From Paraspadella gotoi (taxonomy: Eukaryota > Animalia > Chaetognatha), in NCBI GenBank assembly GCA_051294375.1, contig CM119264.1, positions 31,190,135-31,254,134 on the forward strand: a DNA stretch of 64,000 nucleotides. The letters are read 5' to 3'. Shown here in pieces: positions 34,731-46,467 of the stretch (within the stretch, counting starts at the first letter, position 1; the number at the start of each line of letters is the position of its first letter). Made by a program: the position numbers and the translations under genes. Under the pieces are notes generated by a model, which saw only the letters and a program-made list of their open reading frames with translations, made no database searches and had not been told where the DNA came from.

Positions 34731-37158
34731 TTCCTCTTCCTTCTTCTCTTCCTCTTCTTCCTTCTTCCTCCTTGCCTCCGGAAGAAAACACAGGACGAAA
34801 CAAAAGGCGACGAAACACAAAACAACGAAAGGAAGAAAAGAAGGGAGGAAAGGACGAGAATGGAAAAAGGAAACAGAGGAATTGCGGTCTGTGGGGATCA
34901 GTTGGGATCAGTGGGGATCGATGGGGATTAGAAAAATCAGTGGGGATTAGTGGGGGTTGGTGGGGATCAGTTAGGGTCAGTGAGGATCGATGGGGATAAT
35001 TGGGGTTCGGTGGGTATTGGTGGGTTTGGTGGGGATCATTGGGGATTAGTGGGGATCGATGAGGATTATTGGGGATCAGTGGGAATTAATGGGGGTTGGT
35101 GGGGATAATTTGGGGATCAGTGGGGATTATTGGGAATCAGTAGGGATCAGTTGGGATCAGTGGGGATTGATGGGAATTAGTTGAGATCAGTGGGGATTAG
35201 TGGGGATTGTGGGGATAATTGGGGATCGTTTGGTGGGGATCAGTGGGAATCAGTGGGGATTAGTGGGGTTGGGTGAGGATCAGTGGAGATTTGTGGGAAT
35301 TAGTAGGGATTAGTGGGGATCGATGAGGATTAGTGGGGATCAGTGGGGATTAGTGGGGATCGAAAAAGGGAGGATAGGAAGGGAAGAAAGACATAAGGGA
35401 AGCGTCAATTTCAAGATAAAAAGAAAGAGAGAAGAGTTGGTAAGGAAAAAAGTAATAATTTAAAATAAGTATCTGAATCCACAATTGAATCCACAATTGA
35501 ATCCACAATTGAATCCACAATTCGACAACCCGACAACCGATGCCCTTTTGTCCGACCCCCCCCCCCGCTTACCCGCTAAAAGCCCCGCCATCGCCACGCC
35601 AACGAATCCCAGCTGATGACCGACAAATAAAACGCCCATGTTGAAAGTCTTAGTGTCAGGCGTAGAGACGTCTGCAACGATCGCCTGACCCAGGGTCCTC
35701 GCGTTTTCTAACAGGCCTTGAGCGAATCGACAGGCGACGGCGCCGGGGTAAGTCTTTGAAGCGCCGACGCCGACCAGCGCCACCGCGACGCCGAGCAGGG
35801 ACACTGCCAGCACGGGGCGGCGCCCGATGCGGTCCGCTAGAAGACCCCAGAGAAAGTTTGAAAGAAGGAATGCCATGAAGTAGCGCCTGGTTGTGGAAGG
35901 GAGAGAGGGAGGGAGGAGAGGAGAGGAGAGGGAGGGAAGAGGGAGAGAGGGAGGGGGGAGGGAGAAGAGGGGATAGGAGAAGGGGAGAGAGGGAGGGATA
36001 AAATAATTAAATCTGCCAACAGGACCAAGTATCAATTACTAATTTAAAAAAAGATGCAAATTAGCTTTTTGATCAACTCTGAATTATCATTTTAGGAAGA
36101 AATAGTCACTGAACCGCGAGCAGGTGACTAATATTTTTATTATAAATAATTTAACCTACTTCTGTGAACCGATAATTAAATTTAATTAACTTAAGAATCG
36201 GAGAGGGAAAATGTTTACAAAAGCGACAAGGAATAATAATAATAATATTAAGAGAAAACATAAAATCGGTTTGATTCGAAAAAGAAAAAGTCGAATACAA
36301 AAAAAGAGATTAAATAAAATGAATATCGATGAGAATAGAAGTCACTCAGGCTAAGAATTTTAACCAAACAATTTTATATAAACTTGTTGAGCACTTAGAT
36401 TTGTAGTCGGGCATTGCCTAGGTTCACCCCGCCTATAAGCATGACTCTTTCAGTTGTGACCCAGTGGCTCATTGAGTAAAGCCATCAGCTCATGACCACT
36501 AGGTACCGGGTTTAATCCCAACCCGGTACCTACCCTGTGGGAAGCGTGAGGACGGCCGTAAGCCGCCTTGGGGGCGTGGCAAACCCCCAAGCCTGGTTCC
36601 AAGCCCAGGGACCCGTTCCATGGCTGCTAGAGGGGGTTATAGAAGTTACGGATAGTCAGCTTCTGCCCACTTAGCGCCTTATCCCCAGATTAAGAAATTT
36701 AATCAACTTACTAAAAATTTGTATAAAAAATGTTTAGTAAAATTACTCGGCATTTTGATTTAGAAATTGATTTTAATTACGTATTAATAATGTACTTAAA
36801 TACTAACCTTTTTGTTATTATTTTCGTCTCAAAATATCACACATAGTGATTAAAATATTTTTTTAGTTATTTTGAATAGTTAATTAGTTATTCATTTAAA
36901 TTATTTTAATCATTCTTTCCACTCACTGACGAGCATTCCTCCAGTGACCCCGATTCTATTTTCTTCGATTCCAAAATGACGCAACATTTCCGGCGCGACG
37001 CTGTAGATGGCAGCAGCGCCGCCGATGGTGGAGATTGTCGACGCCGCCACCGCGAGAAGGGCGCCGGTCCGTGGTGCCGGACGACGGATGGCGCCGAGTG
37101 GGCGTAGCGACCGGAAACGAGGTGGGCGGAGAATTTCGTTGTCGTTGTTCTTAGGCAT
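32774..37158 (-). CDS. MFS transporter of the DHA1/tetracycline-efflux-like, ZIFL-like type, 4 exons (one apparent 1-nt frameshift)
   Basis: Exons 37158-36927, 35886-35573, 34888-33804, 33253-32774. MFS motif A WGLLADRIGRRPV, CRFAQGLL, AIVADVS, RPFLPSFL...LPE, GGLGLSP, INNLTPPERLGFVNG. Total 2111 nt, one short of a multiple of 3. Confidence 0.8.
34895..35362. repeat. Intronic ~10-bp minisatellite (gtggggatca/gtggggatta)
   Basis: Visible tandem array in intron 2 of the MFS gene. Confidence 0.9.
36402..36687 (+). mobile_element. Solo LTR with tRNA-like A/B boxes (intron 1 of the MFS gene)
   Basis: TGTAGTC...CCCCA flanked by 4-bp TSD GATT (36398-36401 and 36688-36691). TATAA at 36434, A-box-like tggctcattgagt, B-box-like gggtttaatccc. 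Confidence 0.8.
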
Positions 37159-37334
37159 CGTTTTTTTTTAGGTTTGCTTTTATCAATAAAGTGTCGGGGA
37201 TACGAAAAAAAGTTTTTCAATAAGAAAAGAAAAGAAAAGAAAAGAAAAGAAAAGAAAAGAAAAGGAAAGAAAAGAAAGAAAAGAAAAGAAAAGAAAAGAG
37301 AAAAATTAAAAACATCAAGTCTCTCTTTCTTTCT

Positions 37335-37744
37335 TTTTTAGTCGGACGACGGACGGACGGACGGACGACGGACGGACGGACGGACGACGGACGATGGACG
37401 GACGGACGGACGGACGGACATCATTTTTTTAGTCGGATCTGTTTATCAACAGATCCCGACTCTATAATTCACTTTAAAATAGTTTAATTAAAGGGGGAGA
37501 GAGGGAAAATACTTGATATTCAGTTCAAGCACTTAATTTCCTTCACACACACAAAATGTCATCTCTATCAATTAGAGATTAATTAGAGATTTAGAGTAAT
37601 TTATAAGCAAAAAGTTTTAAGTAAACGTGACTCATGATTTTTCCATTTAATCTCATTTCCACTCGGACAAATCCATTGGAATTTTATATCCAGCTCAATC
37701 ACACAGTTTCCTACCCAATCGCTAGTAATTGGAGTTTTTTGCTA

Positions 37745-37798
<54 letters not shown>

Positions 37799-37950
37799 GG
37801 ACGATCATTATTTTGCAAAATTTATCATAATTCGAGGTTCTGACATGATTCAAGTGAATGCCCGACAAGATTTGGGGGGGGGGGGGAGACCGACGGACCG
37901 ACAAAGTGGATTATCGTGTCGGAATCTGCTGATAAGCAAGATCCGACTAA
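37335..37950. mobile_element. Helentron/DINE-1-like copies in both orientations upstream of the MFS gene
   Basis: (GGAC)n and (GACA)n tracts, with the agtcggatctg...cagatcccgact hairpin at ~37431 and ~37920. Confidence 0.6.
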
Positions 37951-38081
37951 AAAAATAAGGAGCATGAAGAAAGGGAGATCAGAAAATAGGTTTGTAAAGA
38001 GTGACTGCGAGTTGAAAGTTAAAAGGAAAATCGAAATGGATTAATTGGGGCAAACGGTAAAGAACATTGACTCTGAGAGAG

Positions 38082-38127
<46 letters not shown>

Positions 38128-39999
38128 GACCCGAAATTGAATGCGAAAGCGAATACAAAAAATCGAACATCTAAATTTTTAAATTTACAAATTAGAATAA
38201 AAACCTTGTAGCGGTAGTATTTACCTTCCTTTTTTTAAAATTTAAAATAAAATTTGATGTGTAGTATTTTGTAAAAAATGTGTGTAAAATTTAAAAAATT
38301 AACATCTGGTTTAAACTTTAACAAATATTTTTCGTTCAGAGCGAAGAAATTAAGGAAAAAAATTTTGTCGATCAAAAATGGAAAATACTATTTTCCGAAA
38401 GTTCCCCATTTCTGTTCCTCATCTTTTACTTTTAACCCTAAGCTCTAATTTAATATTTTATTAAATGTTATTGTAAGATATTTTGGTCTCACGCTCGCGA
38501 AAGCAAACATTCGAACGTTGCCCGTTCCGACTGTCTTAACATGGGCCCGAATAGAAAAGACGTTTCTTATTTTATGTGAAACTTTAATAGTCAAAATTCT
38601 ACCAGAGACCCGTAAAAACGGGTTTTCAAAGCGGGTACAACGTTTGAGCTCTGAAGAGAAACTAAAAACGCTCTCACGAAAGTCAAAATTATCACAATGG
38701 TCACTTTAAATAGTGGTCATTTTAAAATGACCTGAACAAGTCTTTAAAGAGAAAAGGACGGACTATTATTATCACTCCCGTCCAATATTTAACATGAATA
38801 TTGTTAAAATAGAATAGTATGCATATTACGATACTTGGTACTACATATAAGTAAAATAATTAATTCAAAGTTATTCTTCATATTTTTTTATCTGATAGCC
38901 CCCGTCGTTTCAAGACTTTTTTGATCCAAAGTCTCTGGGTTAGACGCTTTGGGCGATGGAAAATTATTCAATAACTAATCTTAAATTTTAACCTCAACCT
39001 ATTCCCTAATATTAATTCTTAATCTCTAACCTTAATCTTTAACCCAAACATATTCCCTAATTCCAATCCTTAATCTTTAACCTTTATCTCTAATTTTTTT
39101 CTCAGCCCAAACTCTAATCTTACCAAAACTTTAAACAAATTCTTAACTTAATCCTTTAATTAATTTAAGCTGAAATCAGGCGCATTTCGAAAACGTGACC
39201 GAAAATCTGTATTCAGTAAAAGTTGTTTCGGTTTTCCAGTTTAACGACAGCGTGTTACTTGCAGTGCAACTCTATTACTGAATGGAGCATATTTATAGGT
39301 AGGTAGGCCACCAGATTATAATTCATCTTTCATTAATTTTAATAAAGGGTAAGAAATAATCTTTAGGCCTGCATTTTGGATACTATATAAAAGAAAATAC
39401 CCTTTATAAAAGTGCGATTAAAAACGCCAAACGTGACATTTAAAAATTAGATTCTGAATAAATAGAATATAATAAATTTATAAGGATTCTGTTGGCTTTT
39501 GGAAGTCATGGCGAAATATACAGGGAAAAAATACAATTTATTTTAGGAAATGATTTTGTCTTAAATTACAAACCAGTGTACGACGATTTTACTGCTGTTG
39601 AATCGATTAGATCATGGGATGAATTTTTAACTGCATTTAGTAAAATAAAACTCGTTAAATCAAGTGCAGAATTTGTTTCTCCATAGCATCACAGATTAAT
39701 GAAACCCGGAAACAAAGGAAAGGATTAAGGAAGAGGATTCCGGAAGAGGAAGAAGATCCTGGAATGATCTTCAACGGGATATGGAAGTCAAATCCAGAAA
39801 AGGAACAATACCTTCCGGAAGAGGATTTTTGCTGGTCCTAAACTTTTAATTCATATACACTTCTTGATGAATAGTCTTATTCAGCATTTTTATGTATGTA
39901 CAGACGTTTTAGAAGGCTTAATAAGCAGAATCGTTTATTGTTATTTAAATTTCTTTTTCAGACTTAGTTGCATTGTGTTTTGTATGTTATTGATGATTG

Positions 40000-40568
40000 T
40001 ACCTCGTGACCATTTAAAACCCGCCGCTATAAAAAAATTCACCCTACAAAAACGCATTGTGATTTTAACATTTTTAAAAAAATATTTATAAAGACAAGAC
40101 ATACTCATTTTTTATGTATAATTTTCTGGATAATTGATTTTATTTTGAGTTCGTAATGAGCAGAAAAAAATGAGGAGCAAATTCGAGATATAAAAGGAAA
40201 TTCGTTACCTGGAATTAATGGTTCTATTAACCAATAATAATCTCACTAATTAGTATGGGTATCATAAGAAAGTCCGTTAAAAATTGATTTAGGAATATAT
40301 TGATTATAATTTCTTAAATGTGATATACCTTGCTATTAACTATCTTTAAAACTAAGGTAGTCATATTTCTATACCTTATAAATTTGACTGGGCTTCAAAA
40401 AGATATTTTTTTAAACTAAAGAATCGGAAAATATATCATAGTATACAGTTTGCAAAAGGCTTTTAGGCAATATAAATATTATTGTTATTTTTTGAAAGAC
40501 TTTTTTATAAATTGTTCAGAAAGTCAAAATTTTTTTCCAGCGGCGGATTTCAAATGGTAACGTGGTAC
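40000..40568. mobile_element. MITE with ~40-bp TIRs
   Basis: gtacctcgtgaccatttaaaacccgccgct ... agcggcggatttcaaatggtaacgtggtac. Confidence 0.65.
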
Positions 40569-40676
40569 TGAAACAATCATGTTGCATTCGAACAGAAGCG
40601 CTTATAATATACTTAAAAGGAAAGGCTCACCAGTATGAATAAAGCATTAAGTGGGCTAAAGAATATTACTTATATC

Positions 40677-40925
40677 TGTTTAAGTGTTTTAGCCCCACTC
40701 AAGAAATGGAACGAGTCCTGGATTTGAAACCAGGATTGGGGGTTTTCCAGTCCCCCTGGGCGGCTAGCAACTGTTCTTTTCATGCTTTCCATAAGGTAAG
40801 TAGCATCACAGATGAATAAAACGCGGAAACAGAGAAAAGGATTAAGGAAGAGGAAGAAGATTCTGGAATGATTTCGAACGGGATTTTGGAAGCCACTACT
40901 TACTTCCGGTACAACTGAAAGAGTC
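40677..40925 (-). mobile_element. Relative of the short LTR family (shared 3' core); its 5' part is repeated at 39683-39830
   Basis: Minus strand tagccgcccagggggactggaaaacccccaatcctggtttcaaatccaggactcgttcca resembles 36560-36620 and ends in ...aaaca. Confidence 0.45.
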
Positions 40926-41132
40926 ATAAATATTGGCCACGGCGTAACGCGTCGAAATTATGATTTAATTGACATGGCTGATGGGTTTTTCACGTATTTA
41001 CTAAAAAACCAAACCAGTCATTTTTTTCATCCCGTTTTATTTGAAAGCGAATCAATTTCATAACACTTTTTATCTTAAGAGTGAAAAAAAAAAGAGAGAG
41101 AGATGTATCACTACTTAACCGCCTTCTAATTA

Positions 41133-43423
41133 TCATCCCCTGGCAATGACCCCGTCGTCGTGTGAGAGACTAAAAAATAACAAATTAAAACATTTTTACC
41201 ATAATCATATTTTGAGTAAAAAGTTATAGATTATAAAAAGAGTTTTATGGCAACGGAGAGCCCGGGGTGTGAGGCATCTCCCGACAGATGGCGCTCAGGG
41301 GGTTGGACCTGCTATACGGGAGGCTAATTTAGGATTCGCCACAGTTTGTCAATAAATTGAAAACTTACTTCTTCATCAGTTTTTTTTGTCCTTGACTTGG
41401 GCAGATGCAGTACCGGAGCTGGTTTGAGGTGATCCAGATTCACTTGAGCTAGACTGAACTGAATCGGGTATGTCAGAGCCTGATTTCTCTGATCCAGAAG
41501 ATGACATAGCTGATTCACTAGGGCTAGATTGGCTAGAACCCAATCCTTGATTTTCTAATCCAGAAGATGACATAGCTGATTCACTAGGGCTAGATTGGCT
41601 AGAACCCGATCCTTGATTTTCTAATCCAGAAGATGACATAGCTGATTCACTAGGGCTAGATTGGCTAGAACCCGAGCCTTGATTTTCTGATCCAGAAGCT
41701 GACTCGGCTGAACCAGATTGCGCTGACTCGGCTGAACTAGATTCAGATTTGGATGGTTCCGAGTTCCAGCCTGAACCTGGAAATCGGAGGAATGAATTTT
41801 TTTTGAGAAGAATTCTTGAGCTGATATTTTTTATTCTATTATTTCCTCTATTTTTCTTTCCTCCTTTTCCTTTTCTCTCTTTTCCTTTCTTCACTTTCCT
41901 TTCCTCTATTTTCTTTTTCTTTTTTCCTTTTTCTTTCCTCCTTTTTCTTTCATATCCTCATTTTTCCTTTCCTCCCTTTTATTTTCCTCCCCTTTCTTTT
42001 CCTTTCCTCCCCTTTACTTTTCTCCCCTTTCCTATCCACACTTTTCCTCTCCTCTTTTTTCCTTTCCTCCCTTTTCCTCTCTTTTTCTTTCCTTCCCTTT
42101 CCTCCCCTTTCCTATCCTTCCTTTTCCTTTCCTCCCCTTTCCTTTCCTCCCCTTTCCTATCCTTCCTTTTCCTTTTTTCCTTTTTCCTTTCCTTCCTTTC
42201 CTATCTTCCCTTTTCCTTTCCTCCTTTTTCCTTTCTTTCTTTTCCTTTCCTCTCCTTTTACTTTCCTTTTTTTTCCTTTCCTCCCTTTTTTTTCTTCCTT
42301 TTCTTTTCTTCTCTTTCCTTTCCTCCTTTTTCCTTTCCTCCTTTTTCCTTTCCTTACCTCCCAATTTGACCGCTTTTTTCTCCGCCGCGTTCTCTATCTC
42401 GCTGACCGCTTTTTTCGCTTCATCCTCCACCGCTGTAACCGCTTCCTCTGCTTTTACGTCGATATTCTTTAGTTCCTCTGATTGGAAGAGTGATTGGTAG
42501 GGAATGAAAATGATTGATATAGGTAAGCAATGACATTGATTAATTGGAGTGATTCTTTTACTAATTGATCGATTGTTTTTTTTTTTATTGAATTTTTTAG
42601 ATTGAATGGATTGTTTGATTGATTTTAAAATCAATCAAACAATCCATTCAATCTAAAAAATTGATTGATTTTGATTCGATTGGATTGACAATAACCTTTA
42701 AGTTCTGTCTCATTCGAAGTCGACGAACTTTCTTCCTCTTCCTCCTCCCCTTCGTCCTCATCGGAGTCTTCCTCTTCCTCTCCATTACTTCCTTCGTAAT
42801 CGTATCCCCTTTGATCGTCGTCGTGGACGTCGTCGTCGTACGCATCCTCGTCTTTCATGTAAATTTCATTCGCTTTTTCTTCTCTTTTTATTCTCTTCAC
42901 TTCAGGTTTTTCTTTTCCTTTTTTAAAAAAAAACATTGAAATTGATGAAATCATTCATTCATTTATTCATTCATACATTTTTTTATTCATTTGTACGTTA
43001 ATTCTTTCATTTATTCATTCAATCATCGTTTCAGTCAGTCAGTCAGTCAGTCAGTCAGTCAGTCACCTCCATCTTCTTCTCGTTCTGCTTCGTCGGTCAT
43101 CTCGGCCGCCATCACCGCCTCCTTCGCTTGGACCAACTGGAGGAAGATGAGGGGAGGAAATGAGAGGGAGGAAGGGAGGGATGAGGGAAGGAATGAGAGG
43201 GAGGAAGGGAGGGAGAGAAAGAGGGAAAGAGGGAGGAATGAGGGGGAGGGAGGGAAGGGAGAGAGGGAAGGAGTGGAGAAGGAGGGGGAAAGGTGGACAA
43301 TAAGAGGTAGAAAAGGAGGAAGAAGGGACGTGGGAAGGAAGGGAGGTGGTTGATATGAGAAAGGTGATTGTGGGTGGGAAGGAAATTAGGGTGGTTATTT
43401 TTTCGTCCTTCCAATTCTTTCTT

Positions 43424-43468
<45 letters not shown>

Positions 43469-44008
43469 ATCTTCCTCTCCCCTTCTTCCTCTCTCTCCTC
43501 TCCCCTCTCTCTCTCCCCCTCTCTTCCCCCTCCCTCTCCCTCTAACTCTCTTCTCTCTCCCTCTCCCCCTACCCTAGTCTCCCTCTCTCACTTTATATAT
43601 CTTCTCATGAATCCTTTGTCGTTTAGCTACGATCGCCCGACGCGCTGAAAAAAAAAAGCAAACGTGACAAAACTAAAAAAAAAACCGTGACAAAATTTTA
43701 AAATATTAGCGACTCAATAAAAGGATGGAAAGAAAAACGTGACAAGGATTCATTACAAGGAAAAGAAACAGGTTCAAGAAACAGTGACGAAACAACTGTG
43801 ACAAAACAACAGTTACAAAATCACTTTGACAAAACAATCGTGACATATCAACCGTGACAAAACAACCATGACTTTATTACCGTGACAAAACAACCGCGAC
43901 AAAACAACCGCGACAAAACAACCGCGATTTGTTTACCTCGGCGTCTCCCAGTCGACGTCCGAAGGTCGAAGCCAGAAAAAACAAACCCAAAACAAGAGAG
44001 AAATTCAT
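41133..44008 (-). CDS. Unrecognised secreted acidic, Ser/Gly-rich precursor protein
   Basis: Exons 44008-43937 (MNFSLVLGLFFLASTFG signal peptide), possible 43644-43592, 43136-43067, 42917-42696 (KRIKR, acidic Tyr), 42477-42358, and 41776-41376 (60-nt Ser-rich repeats). Phases match. Probable last exon 41169-41133 if an A run is one base short. Confidence 0.6.
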
Positions 44009-45450
44009 CGCGTTTCTTCTGTTTTGTCAACGAAACAGAAAACGTTTTCTTTTCTGTTTTCTTGCCCCTTCTGTTTCCTTCTTTGTTTCCTTCTTTTTCA
44101 AATCATTTGTTTTTTCTGCTTCTATGTTTTATCGGTACGCGATTCAGAATTCTCTACCGCGACTCGGAAAAGCAGTTTGTTTTTCGATGAAAAAATTCAA
44201 AAAAAAAAAAAAAAACGAGTCGAAGTTTTGATTAATGAGATGGAATTAGTTGGAATCTCGGAGTTTTGTCATGCACTATTTTTTGAAAGCGGCCCATTTC
44301 CGGTAAAATTAACGTTAATTATGATAACTTAATGCATAATTTTAATCTTGAAGCGAAAACCTTAATTCTTAAACTAATCCCCTGAACGTAATCTCTAACC
44401 CGAAATGCAAAAATCTAACCAAATCCTCAACGTGATTTTAACCTTAATACCCGGCCTATCTTTAATATTTTAAACTGGAAAACCAAACTAATTCTGAATT
44501 TTAGTGAAAACGAGGCGGTTTTTGGAAAATAGAGAAGTGAGAGAGAAAGGGGAGAGAGAGAGGGAAAGAAGGGAGAGAGAAAGGGAAAGAGAGAGAGAGA
44601 GGGAAAGAAGGGAGAGAGAAAGGGGAGAGAGAGAGGGAAAAAGGGATATAGCCCGTGTATTTATGACACGCACTGCATCGGAATTCCGTTTATTATTCTT
44701 TATTGTTTTAGGATTTCCTGAAGGCGGCGCTAGCAGTCACTTAGATTTGGGGTTTTTTCCTGTCTTAACAAATGAGCAACCGATTATAGGCGAGTTATGA
44801 GCATTTTTAATGAAAGTGGGACAGATATACGGACCGACCGACCGGCCAGCCGACAGACCGACTGACCATTCCTGATTAATGAAAATTTAGGATAGAGAAG
44901 AAAACTGTCCCACGTTACCACCTCCAGAAATGTCTACCCTCTGACTGCAGCAAAAGTGACAGAAATGGCAGCTTTTTTACTAATGGACGCAGTCGCGAAA
45001 GCTTACGCTTCCTTCCCTGGACAGTGGACAATTATCTTATTAGATAGTATTCTCTTGACATGTATACCAATTTTTATATCATTAATGTTATATTTATGCG
45101 TGCAAACGATTTTTTGATTTAGTCCCAAAAGAACTGGACCTCGCTGTATTTTTAATATGAAATAAGATAAAAAGATTAAAGTCTTACAGTCCATTTCTCT
45201 CTCTCCTTTCATAACAGAAATACAGGGCGTCGAATTTATTAAGACAAAATATTCTTTTTTTAAGGAAAAGAAAGGAAGATGATCCCTGACTTTGGACAAG
45301 CTATAGTTGATTAAGATAAACTATTCCTCACACAAGAAAATAATGACATAGAAATGAAGTTAGTTACGATTTACAAAATATATATAATGTAAATACGATG
45401 ATATTTGTGATGAAAACAAAACCGTTGAAAGGCTGGAGAGGGCGTTCACC

Positions 45451-45492
<42 letters not shown>

Positions 45493-45589
45493 TCTCTGCT
45501 CTCTCCCTCCTCTCTCTGCCCCCCGGTGATTTTTTAGAGTCATTAGTTCATCGTTCCTTGAATATTTCGCTTTCAATCAATCTTATTTC

Positions 45590-45641
<52 letters not shown>

Positions 45642-45824
45642 TCTCTCTCTCTCTCTCTCATTGTTTACCTTCATCCTTTGAATCTCGTAAAAACTTTCGA
45701 CAAAAAAAAAAAAAAAAGAAAACTACAAATAAATCTAAAATTTTTTTTTCGTTTTTTCGCTTTAACATCAAACAGTAATAATTTTTTTCTTTTAAATTAA
45801 TTATAATAATTAATGTATATATAT

Positions 45825-45829
<5 letters not shown>

Positions 45830-45862
<33 letters not shown>

Positions 45863-46408
45863 AGGAGAGAGGAGAGCAATAGTCAATGTGTCTCCAGTGA
45901 CCCCCTGTTGGTAAATCCCACGTCGCCACAATGTAAGATCTACGTTCATGCATTCATTATTTAAAATAATTATTAATTAATCTTGAAAATATTTATTAAA
46001 ACGAAGAAACTGGCGACGCCTATATGAACGCATAAAAAACCATAAAACACAAAACAGAAAAACAAGAATGTTGTTTACTTTAGCCTCGTTTTCATTTTTT
46101 TCGCTCGACCTACATTTTTTTCAACATTCGATCTTTTTAAATTAAAAAAAAAAACCTAATTATAAAACTCATCTGAAAAAAAAAAAAACAAGACCACGAC
46201 GACCAAAAATAATAAATAAACAAAGAGCAACAGCTGCTTTGCGTCCAGTAAATTGGATCGAGCCATGTTTAAACTCTCAGCATCAAAATAATTCTCAGTA
46301 TTCTCTCTCTCTCTCTCTCTTTCTCTATCTCTCTTTCTCTCTCTCTCCTCTTCTCTCTCTCTCTCTCTCTCTTTATCTCTCTCTCTCTCTTATCGCTCTC
46401 TCTCTCTA

Positions 46409-46467
<59 letters not shown>

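Noticed and set aside
36458-36530. Functional tRNA gene
   Set aside because: A/B-box-like motifs are present but there is no consistent acceptor or anticodon stem, and it lies inside a TSD-flanked repeat.
32774-37158. Horizontal transfer origin of the ZIFL-like transporter
   Set aside because: Has ordinary introns and host-like composition. Motif resemblance to plant/fungal proteins is not evidence without a phylogeny.
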